Origin: Gammaproteobacteria bacterium CG22_combo_CG10-13_8_21_14_all_40_8
GTDB lineage: Bacteria; Pseudomonadota; Gammaproteobacteria; Enterobacterales; GCA-002770795
Length of the DNA stretch: 44,997 bases
Direction of reading: 5' to 3'
Assembly (NCBI GenBank): GCA_002770795.1
Contig: PCTP01000174.1
Span: 4,615-49,611 of the forward strand
Part shown: positions 38,328 through 44,997 of the stretch, piece after piece
Numbering within the stretch: position 1 is the first letter of the stretch
How the letters are laid out: every line of letters starts with the position of its first letter
Translations under genes and position numbers: made by a program
The notes under the pieces: generated by a model
Told to the model about the DNA's origin: nothing
The model's database searches: none
The model's input: only the letters and a program-made list of their open reading frames with translations

Positions 38328-39290
38328 TTATTTTTGACCAACTTTCTTGCCAAACAAATACATGCTTAAAAGGCTAAAAACACCACCAATAATAGTTCCT
38401 AAAATAACAAGAATCACTCTTTTGGGTTTACTTTTTATTTCTGGCGTTAATGCTGGATCAACAGTTTTTAACACATATTCATCTCTAACATTCGCTAACA
38501 TCATCGTCTTGGATTGCTCTTGTATAAGATCAAAAAAAACTTGTTTCATTTCTGTTACAGTTGTTGTCTGTATTTGTTTGGTTAAAAAATCTATACTTTG
38601 CTTTGATTCTGAAATATCATCATTTCTAATGGTGTTGTTAAGATCCTCAATTATCCAAGTCAGCCAATCATGGGCAGTTTGAGGGGAAAAAAACTCAAAG
38701 CTTACTTCAACAAATCCTGACTTTTTATCCTGTGATGAATTTAATCTTTCTTTTAAGACCTTATATGCCTCCAGATCGGATGGCTTGGGAGTCAATGGCG
38801 GTTTGACGTCTCTCACCCATTGTTTTTTAGAGGTGTTATAAATATCATCATCAATAATGAGTTTATTTGTATCAGGATCCCATTTTTTTGTTGCCATTAA
38901 TGGAATTAATAGATCATGATTTTTTATAAAGTTTATTAAAAAAATTCGCGATTCCAAAGTTTCCAGTGCCAGAGCTGTTTTATCGACCCCGCTCGCACCT
39001 ACATTAATCCCAGCCATACTTGCAAGCCCGCCAAATCGACTGACTAAATTAGCAAGTTTACCTCCTCCCGCTTGATCATTAGAAGTGGTTGGCGCCAACA
39101 ACACTTCAGACTTATATTGGTCAGGTAACTGTAAAGAAATAATTATGCTCGCGACAATGAATATTCCAGTAATGGATATGACCATAATTTTATTTAACCA
39201 CAGCATTTGCCATAGCTCTTTCAAACTGATCACTTCATTCTGCTTTGGGAATTCTGTAGAACTCTGCAGTTCTGATTGCTGTACATTCAT
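38328..39290 (-). CDS. Wzz-like polysaccharide co-polymerase (chain-length determinant), no kinase domain
   Basis: N-terminal ISLKELWQMLWLNKIMVISITGIFIVASIIISLQLPDQYKSEVLLAP (Wzz domain plus TM1). Roughly 230 aa periplasmic region. C-terminal TM RVILVILGTIIGGVFSLLSMYLF. Confidence 0.8.
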   Translation of the reverse strand: MNVQQSELQSSTEFPKQNEVISLKELWQMLWLNKIMVISITGIFIVASIIISLQLPDQYKSEVLLAPTTSNDQAGGGKLANLVSRFGGLASMAGINVGASGVDKTALALETLESRIFLINFIKNHDLLIPLMATKKWDPDTNKLIIDDDIYNTSKKQWVRDVKPPLTPKPSDLEAYKVLKERLNSSQDKKSGFVEVSFEFFSPQTAHDWLTWIIEDLNNTIRNDDISESKQSIDFLTKQIQTTTVTEMKQVFFDLIQEQSKTMMLANVRDEYVLKTVDPALTPEIKSKPKRVILVILGTIIGGVFSLLSMYLFGKKVGQK

Positions 39291-39323
39291 AAAGTATTAG
39301 CCATTCACTCTTGTTTATTAAGC

Positions 39324-41981
39324 CTATAATCTACCCAATGTAGCTAATGCGACAACATTTTGGAATATAATTTGTGTCACTTCTGACCAAAGTGTAATTG
39401 GCTTTGTATAGTTAGTATTTAATGGCACAATAATGGTATCACCAGGTTCAAGTTGCGTACTTGAATTTGCAAACCAGACGCTTCTATTCTGAGGCATTCT
39501 CACAGCACCATTGGCTTTGATGATAAAGACTCTGTCTTCGTCTGCTCTTGAAGTTAAACCTCCACTAAGCTGTAGATAGCTTTCCATATTCAGTTTTTTA
39601 TCAAATACATGTGCTGTTGGATGTTGGACTTGCCCCATAACAGAGACTGTTTGCGCACTGGGTGGTATTGCGATTTCATCACCATCTTTTAGAACTAAAT
39701 TGTTTTCAGAATTTTTCTCGCCAACAAGCACCGAAGGAAGATCTATAACCAACCGACCTAATACCTGTGTAGAATCTAGTTTTTCAACCAAATCCAGAGA
39801 ATCATCTTTTTTTATTACCTTTTTATCATCAGTTGCTTCACTAAGTGATGCTGCTGCAAGTTCATTTTTTAAACGCTCTTGCATTTCTTTTAACAATTCT
39901 GCTTCTCGTTCTTTTAACTCTTTACGTAGAAAAATAGCGCCCTTCGCATAGGCCATATTGGTTAATCCACCCGCGCGAACCAGCACATCTTTTAATGTTT
40001 CACCTTGGCTTATCACATAGGTTCCTGGAAACTTGACCTCTCCCTTCACAATCACTTGTTTAACTTCATTCCACTCTGGTTTAATTCTTACCGTCACTAC
40101 ATCTCTAGATAATAATCTTAATTTTTCAGTGCTTTCCCCAGATATCATGTCTTTCATAGTAACGGTAATATGTTCTATATTCATTGGTTCATCAGTGTTG
40201 ATTTTACGCCGAGTTAATTCGGCGGCCACAGTATAAGCCGAATCTTTAAAACCACCCGCAGCTTTTATCAAACTTTTTATGGTGTTTTTGTCGGTAATTG
40301 GATACAGACCTGGAAAGTTGACTTCTCCCTGAATAGTATGCACTAACAGAGGAGAGTTTAATGAAGCTTGTTTTTTTAACTGTTCTATAATCGGTTTTAA
40401 AAGTGTCACTCGAGAGAAATCTTTTTCTTCTTCCTCACTTTCATTTTCGTTAATTTGAGGGACATATTTTTCTTGGTATTTAATTTTTTCTGCACGCTCT
40501 AACAACAATTGTTTTTGTTTATTTTTATTTTTAAAATCAAACTTTCCCAAATTAAACTCTTCAGCATATTTCACTGAATCTTTGACTGAAAAAACTAAGA
40601 TTTCGTCTTGAGCTTGTAATTGAATATCAAATTCATCCTTGTTTTTATGTGATAGTGCATCGGCCAAAGAGAATTGGACAAGGTTGATATCATTTTGAAT
40701 ATTTATCTTTCGTACCACTAAAGAGTATCCCAAGTCAGCATCAGGCATCAGATCTCGGTGTAAATCGCGGATCACATCAGAAATTCTTATTCCTTCCTGC
40801 CAATGATAGGCACCTTCACGGGTAACAGCGCCAATAAGTTTAACAGCGCCATCAATGAAATCAGATATTTTTCCCATGACTAGCTCATCGCCATTCCTTA
40901 AAGTCAGTTTTCTATCCTCTGGATGAGCTAAATTAAGGTTGAACGCTTCTCTGACATTGTTCGCATTAATTCGGTTTAGCAATGCCGAACTTTTATTTGA
41001 TTGAGCCTTTGCGTCACCAGCCATAAAGAGTAAATCGGCAATATTTTCATCTTTCTTGATCTCAAATATCGCAGGTCTGTTGACTTCACCCATAGCGGTC
41101 ACTCTGGCACCCGCACTGGGAATAAATACAACATCGCCTGCTTGAAGTCTTAAATCTTGATTTGTCTCCCCTTTTAGCAAAAGATCATAAAGATCCAGAG
41201 TTGCAATTAATTTACCTCGCCGCTTCAGCTGGATATTTCTTAATGAACCTGTTTTTTTAATGCCACCACTCACAAAAATAGCGTTAGTGATAGTGGTTAA
41301 TGAACTCACTTGATAAGAGCCAGGCTTAAAAGCATCTCCCAATACTAAGATGCGCATTGAGCGTAACTCACCTAAAGAAATAGACACCTCAACCCCGAGG
41401 ATTTGGCTTTGAATTTTTTTGGTGATTAGCTGTTTAACTTCCTCATATTTCATACCAGAAACAGCAATAGGCCCAATTTCAGGTAATTGAATTTTGCCAT
41501 CTCGATAAACAGATAAATTATAATTTTGGTTTTCTTTCCCATAAAGTTGCACGACCAATTCATCACCTGGGCCTAAAATATATTCCGAAGGCACTGGAAT
41601 ATCAGTGACAGGGGCAAAAGTTGTAGGTTCACCAGCAAAAAGATCATAACCAAAATACTGAGGCTCATCATTTTTTTCTGGAAACTGGGCCAGTATTTCA
41701 TCCAGATTCAATGGTTTTTCTGTTTCAGGGCGAGGATTCATCAAGTCAGGAACTTCTTGAAAATCTTTCTGCGGTCCACTAATGCCCTTTAAGTCACCAA
41801 CATCATATCCCAATTGCTTGGCTATCTTTTTTTGTTGTTGGGGCGATAGTTTTTTAAATTGTTCAATTTGCTGTGACGTTGGAGTCAAAGCATAGCTAGA
41901 TTGTATTTGCAGAATACTCATGAACAAGCTGGCGCAAATCAGCACCATATTTTTTGACAGCATCTTAGATAATTTCATCAT
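39324..41981 (-). CDS. Outer-membrane polysaccharide export protein (OPX; Poly_export domain plus multiple SLBB repeats), Wza/KpsD-like but 885 aa
   Basis: Signal peptide MMKLSKMLSKNMVLICASLFMSILQIQSSYA. PES motif region YILGPGDELVVQLYG...DGKIQLPEIGPIAVSGMKYEEV. Repeated SLBB-like modules (…GSYQVSSLTTITNAIFVSGGIKKTGSLRNIQLKR…, …GLYPITDKNTIKSLIKAAGG…, …GTYVISQGETLKDVLVRAGG…). Hydrophobic C-terminal helix LWSEVTQIIFQNVVALATLGRL. Confidence 0.85.
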   Translation of the reverse strand: MMKLSKMLSKNMVLICASLFMSILQIQSSYALTPTSQQIEQFKKLSPQQQKKIAKQLGYDVGDLKGISGPQKDFQEVPDLMNPRPETEKPLNLDEILAQFPEKNDEPQYFGYDLFAGEPTTFAPVTDIPVPSEYILGPGDELVVQLYGKENQNYNLSVYRDGKIQLPEIGPIAVSGMKYEEVKQLITKKIQSQILGVEVSISLGELRSMRILVLGDAFKPGSYQVSSLTTITNAIFVSGGIKKTGSLRNIQLKRRGKLIATLDLYDLLLKGETNQDLRLQAGDVVFIPSAGARVTAMGEVNRPAIFEIKKDENIADLLFMAGDAKAQSNKSSALLNRINANNVREAFNLNLAHPEDRKLTLRNGDELVMGKISDFIDGAVKLIGAVTREGAYHWQEGIRISDVIRDLHRDLMPDADLGYSLVVRKINIQNDINLVQFSLADALSHKNKDEFDIQLQAQDEILVFSVKDSVKYAEEFNLGKFDFKNKNKQKQLLLERAEKIKYQEKYVPQINENESEEEEKDFSRVTLLKPIIEQLKKQASLNSPLLVHTIQGEVNFPGLYPITDKNTIKSLIKAAGGFKDSAYTVAAELTRRKINTDEPMNIEHITVTMKDMISGESTEKLRLLSRDVVTVRIKPEWNEVKQVIVKGEVKFPGTYVISQGETLKDVLVRAGGLTNMAYAKGAIFLRKELKEREAELLKEMQERLKNELAAASLSEATDDKKVIKKDDSLDLVEKLDSTQVLGRLVIDLPSVLVGEKNSENNLVLKDGDEIAIPPSAQTVSVMGQVQHPTAHVFDKKLNMESYLQLSGGLTSRADEDRVFIIKANGAVRMPQNRSVWFANSSTQLEPGDTIIVPLNTNYTKPITLWSEVTQIIFQNVVALATLGRL

Positions 41982-42252
41982 TTTAATTAATATTGATTGG
42001 CAATTAATTTGTCCAGTTAAAAGAATTACAAAGTTTTTGATTCAAATTTTGGGCATGTAAACACATGAACCCTAAACTTCGCGGCGTCATTGTACCTGTG
42101 ATAGTCTAGGAGTTCCAATGAAAATTATTTCTGGAGGGTTGTCTGAATGACAAACTCAAGCTGTATACCCACTGAATCTTATAGAACCGACGGATCTATT
42201 TGATATTTAACATAATTCTAAAATGTCGCAATTTCGATAACAAATAAAGCCT

Positions 42253-42969
42253 TCATACATGTTGAGCATCATTCTTTTGTCGTAAAGCAGAAATAACGCC
42301 AGGTATACCTTCTTTCTCTAAAAGCATTCTCGTTTCTGCCTGTTTATGCCTCATCATGCTCACCCCTTCAACTCTGATATCGATGATCAACCAACCCTTT
42401 TTAGACTTTTTTTTAACATAAAAATCCAAATCTATTCCCTTATCAGCAGCAATCTTTGTATTCATACGCAACCAACAACGGTTCTTTGCGGGACAGCGAA
42501 TATCGTTCTCTAGCTTAAGCCGTTGATTGGTATAATAGGGATAGGCTTTATTGAAATAGCGAATCAATGTTCTTTTCCATTCTGATTCTAATTGCTTTTT
42601 AAGTCCATCATCCGCTTGATACCAATTCTTTCCTGCTAAAGCTTTGGCCATTAATGGGATATCCCAAAATATGAGTGCATGTTCCTGTAGCATTTGATGA
42701 AGATCTAGTGGATTTTGATCATAATCGGCTCGATTTTTATCGATAATATCCAAAAAATCATTCACAGTGGTTTCTAACCAATGTTTAGCCTCCCCCCCCA
42801 AAGTTCGAGAGCTGGCACCAGTCTGTTGTGAGTAATCTTGAGCATACACTGACTGAATCAAAGCCATTCCCAGGACAATAAATGCCCATAAAGAACCCAA
42901 AAGAAGATGAGGAACTAAATATTTTGATTTCTTTTTCATTGGCTTTTTCATAAAAATATCTTTACTCAA
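42253..42969 (-). CDS. MlaC/Ttg2D-family periplasmic lipid-binding protein-like
   Basis: Signal peptide ...LLLGSLWAFIVLGMALIQSVYA|QDY. Family-like blocks FWDIPLMAKALAGKNWYQ, EWKRTLIRYF, WLIIDIRVEGVSMMRHKQAE, GIPGVISALRQKN. The start is ambiguous among M1, M7 and M11. Confidence 0.65.
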   Translation of the reverse strand: MSKDIFMKKPMKKKSKYLVPHLLLGSLWAFIVLGMALIQSVYAQDYSQQTGASSRTLGGEAKHWLETTVNDFLDIIDKNRADYDQNPLDLHQMLQEHALIFWDIPLMAKALAGKNWYQADDGLKKQLESEWKRTLIRYFNKAYPYYTNQRLKLENDIRCPAKNRCWLRMNTKIAADKGIDLDFYVKKKSKKGWLIIDIRVEGVSMMRHKQAETRMLLEKEGIPGVISALRQKNDAQHV

Positions 42970-43070
42970 GGAATGCCAATTTCATACAGGATTGGTGGCT
43001 TTTTAGATAGAGATGATATTTTAAAGTCTTTCCTCTAAATATCAACTTATAATTAGCTTATCTACTTTAG

Positions 43071-43084
43071 CTTGTATATACAAG
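43071..43084. promoter_or_regulatory. Candidate HutC operator (perfect 14-bp palindrome CTTGTATATACAAG) upstream of hutC-hutU
   Basis: Perfect dyad read directly. Its core GTATATAC fits the HutC-subfamily GntR consensus GT-N-TA-N-AC. A perfect TATAAT lies at 43100-43105, 35 nt before the hutC start. Confidence 0.6.
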
Positions 43085-43140
43085 TACAGTAAGCTGGGAT
43101 ATAATGGCTTTATGACAACCCCCTCTGCGAACTAATTCAG

Positions 43141-43860
43141 TTGAAATCCGCTATTGCTCGTTATCTCAGAGTTAAACAGTTTATTCTTGAAGGCATTCAA
43201 ACAAATCATTGGTTGCCATCTGATAAAATACCCTCAGAGAATGAACTCACATTGCTTTGTTCGGTCAGTAGGATGACGGCTAAAAGAGCCTTGGATGAAT
43301 TGACTCAAGAAGGAATTCTTGAGCGACTGCAAGGATTGGGAACTTTTGTTAAAGTACCCGTCGCTAGCTCCTCATTGCTTAAAATTACTGATATTTCACA
43401 TGATATTCGGCTCAGAAATCATCGTCATACCAGTCAACTTTTAAAACTCGAATCAAAAACATTTAAACAATCCAGCCAGTTTCCAGAGATTATTCCCTCA
43501 GGGAATACGGTTTTTTATTCTGAATTACTCCATTTTGAAAATGATTTACCCATTCAGCTTGAACAAAGAATTATCAATCCAGCACTAGCACCAAGCTATC
43601 TTGAGCAAAATTTCTTAGAAGAAAGTCCGAGTGATTATTTATTAAAAACCATCCCTATCACAGCAGCCCAACAAAAAGTTGCAGCCACTTTAGCGTCACT
43701 ACAAATTTGTCAACATCTGCAAATAGCCATCAGCCAACCTTGTCTAGTTTTACACCGAAAAACTTGGTCGGGTTCACAATGGGCGACTATCAACACCTTT
43801 TACCACCCCGGAAATCGTTATCAATTAGAAAGCAATATTACCCAGGAGATATCATTATGA
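43141..43860 (+). CDS. hutC: Histidine utilisation repressor, GntR family (HutC subfamily, wHTH plus UTRA domain)
   Basis: [42 protein letters not shown] is a GntR wHTH. The C-terminal half is UTRA-like. The stop overlaps the hutU start (ATGA). TTG start; an in-frame TAA at 43102-43104 limits the open frame, and 43141 is the first candidate start codon in it. Confidence 0.85.
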   Translation: MKSAIARYLRVKQFILEGIQTNHWLPSDKIPSENELTLLCSVSRMTAKRALDELTQEGILERLQGLGTFVKVPVASSSLLKITDISHDIRLRNHRHTSQLLKLESKTFKQSSQFPEIIPSGNTVFYSELLHFENDLPIQLEQRIINPALAPSYLEQNFLEESPSDYLLKTIPITAAQQKVAATLASLQICQHLQIAISQPCLVLHRKTWSGSQWATINTFYHPGNRYQLESNITQEISL

Positions 43861-44997
43861 AGAACAATAGACATGATCCCACAAGACATATTAGTGCAGC
43901 CAAAGGAACGGCTCTCACTGCAAAAAGTTGGATGACAGAAGCTCCACTTAGAATGTTAATGAATAACTTAGATCCCGTTGTAGCAGAACGACCAGAGGAT
44001 CTGGTGGTTTATGGTGGAATTGGTCGTGCAGCCAGAAACTGGACTTGTTATGACAAACTTGTCGAATGTTTAACAGCATTAGAAGATGATGAAACCTTAT
44101 TAGTGCCATCAGGTAAACCTGTTGGCGTTTTTAAAACCCATGCCGATGCGCCCCGAGTACTTATTGCCAACTCGAATTTAGTCCCCCATTGGGCAAACTG
44201 GGAACATTTTAATGAACTTGATAAAAAAGGCTTGATGATGTATGGCCAGATGACTGCGGGTTCATGGATCTACATTGGCAGCCAAGGCATTGTTCAGGGT
44301 ACCTATGAAACCTTTGTGGCTATGGCTAAAACACATTATCAAGGGTGTTCAAAAGGTAAGTGGGTACTCACAGGCGGTTTAGGAGGGATGGGTGGTGCTC
44401 AACCCTTAGCAGCGACCATGGCTGGATTCTCTATGTTAGCTGTAGAATGCGATCCAACGCGCATTCAAAAAAGATTAGAAACCGGCTACCTTGATGCAAA
44501 AACAACCAGCATTGAAGAAGCCCTGGCGCTTATCCATAAAGCTCATGACAATAACCAAGTGATCTCCGTGGGTTTATTGGGTAATGCAGCCGATGTATTC
44601 CCTGAATTAGTCAAACGGGGCATCAAACCTGATGTGGTCACCGATCAAACCAGTGCACACGATCCTCTCAATGGTTACCTACCTTCAGGTTGGACGCTAG
44701 AAAAAGCGGCACAACTGAGAGAAACTAACCCGACATTCGTGGTAGAAGAAGCCAAAAAATCCATGGCAATTCAAGTACAGGCCATGTTAGATTTTCATCA
44801 TCAAGGGGTTCCTACGGTAGATTATGGGAACAATATCCGCCAAATGGCCATGGAAAAAGGCGTGGCGAATGCCTTTGATTTCCCTGGTTTTGTTCCAGCT
44901 TATATTCGCCCTTTATTTTGCAAAGGCATAGGTCCTTTCCGTTGGGCGGCACTTTCCGGTGATCCCGAAGATATTTACCAAACAGATGCCAAAGTGA
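43857..44997 (+). CDS. hutU: Urocanate hydratase, N-terminal about 380 codons (gene runs off the window end)
   Basis: The translation from the ATG at 43857 reads [62 protein letters not shown]...[69 protein letters not shown]... These are classic HutU blocks. It is not in the ORF track because there is no stop in the window. Confidence 0.95.
   Translation, partial: MKNNRHDPTRHISAAKGTALTAKSWMTEAPLRMLMNNLDPVVAERPEDLVVYGGIGRAARNWTCYDKLVECLTALEDDETLLVPSGKPVGVFKTHADAPRVLIANSNLVPHWANWEHFNELDKKGLMMYGQMTAGSWIYIGSQGIVQGTYETFVAMAKTHYQGCSKGKWVLTGGLGGMGGAQPLAATMAGFSMLAVECDPTRIQKRLETGYLDAKTTSIEEALALIHKAHDNNQVISVGLLGNAADVFPELVKRGIKPDVVTDQTSAHDPLNGYLPSGWTLEKAAQLRETNPTFVVEEAKKSMAIQVQAMLDFHHQGVPTVDYGNNIRQMAMEKGVANAFDFPGFVPAYIRPLFCKGIGPFRWAALSGDPEDIYQTDAKV

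Noticed and set aside
252-40236. About 30 short ORFs (61-126 aa) in the supplied track lie antisense to or nested in long motif-supported genes. Examples: 252-452, 1736-1957, 3812-4039, 3880-4116, 4477-4764, 5594-5821, 6218-6445, 13448-13696, 15412-15609, 16225-16431, 21373-21573, 22053-22274, 24628-24969, 25664-25870, 27113-27493, 28173-28406, 28805-28993, 30901-31089, 32914-33099, 34793-35059, 35148-35486, 36077-36271, 36334-36537, 36357-36542, 36609-36851, 38347-38682, 39085-39300, 39700-39951, 40033-40236.
   Set aside because: Each overlaps a much longer ORF with clear family motifs. Their translations are low-complexity, Ser/Leu/Cys/Ile-rich and have no recognisable motif. They are typical shadow ORFs in AT-rich DNA.
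8378-41981. Calling the whole polysaccharide locus a tRNA-linked genomic island.
   Set aside because: There is no integrase, no flanking direct repeats and no clear compositional break that I can quantify by eye. The locus also lies on the 5' side of the tRNA gene, not the 3' side where islands normally insert. I kept it only as a caveat in the rfbD finding.
41982-42252. JUMPStart/ops (GGCGGTAG) antitermination element upstream of the polysaccharide operon.
   Set aside because: Neither GGCGGTAG nor its complement CTACCGCC occurs in this 271-bp leader, and only an unrelated GCGGCG segment is present. No promoter could be assigned with confidence.
1-44997. CRISPR arrays, rRNA genes, integrases/recombinases, intact IS elements, toxin-antitoxin or restriction-type defence genes.
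   Set aside because: I found no regularly spaced direct repeats, no rRNA-like segments and no ORF with integrase, transposase, nuclease or methylase motifs. The only mobile-element hint is the weak relic at 31307-31617, reported separately.

Overview
AT-rich, apparently gammaproteobacterial chromosomal window; tRNA-Gly(GCC), WecB, WecC, RfbD and HutU all look close to the enterobacterial sequences. No taxon can be assigned from the sequence alone. Layout, left to right: (1) 2-5207 is a signalling block. It holds a truncated unknown gene, a hybrid histidine kinase/receiver, an orphan family-3 periplasmic binding protein and a REC-PAS-GGDEF diguanylate cyclase. (2) 5305-7831 is a translationally coupled pair that I recognise as the uncharacterised DUF2868 membrane protein plus DUF3482 membrane GTPase. 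(3) 7832-8592 is a gene-poor spacer carrying tRNA-Gly(GCC). (4) 8593-41981 is a roughly 33 kb Wzx/Wzy-type polysaccharide locus. Export and assembly genes: Wza-like OPX exporter, Wzz-like co-polymerase, Wzy-like polymerase and two Wzx-like flippases. Sugar-precursor genes: WecB/WecC, a WbpA/TviB-like dehydrogenase and a PglF/E/D/C-like initiation module. Transfer and modification genes: an AsnB-like amidotransferase, a heparinase II/III-like protein, four glycosyltransferases, three acetyltransferases, a CE4-like deacetylase, an orphan RfbD and five sulfotransferase-like genes (four confident, one probable). (5) 42253-44997 holds an MlaC-like periplasmic protein, then hutC with a palindromic operator and the 5' two-thirds of hutU. 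The main candidate for new biology is the sulfotransferase-rich locus, which I infer makes a heavily sulfated, uronic-acid/amino-sugar (glycosaminoglycan-like) capsule or EPS. It includes a deacetylase-sulfotransferase gene pair reminiscent of eukaryotic NDST. No CRISPR array, integrase, intact IS element or rRNA was seen. All functional calls rest on motif recognition by eye, and no database search was run.
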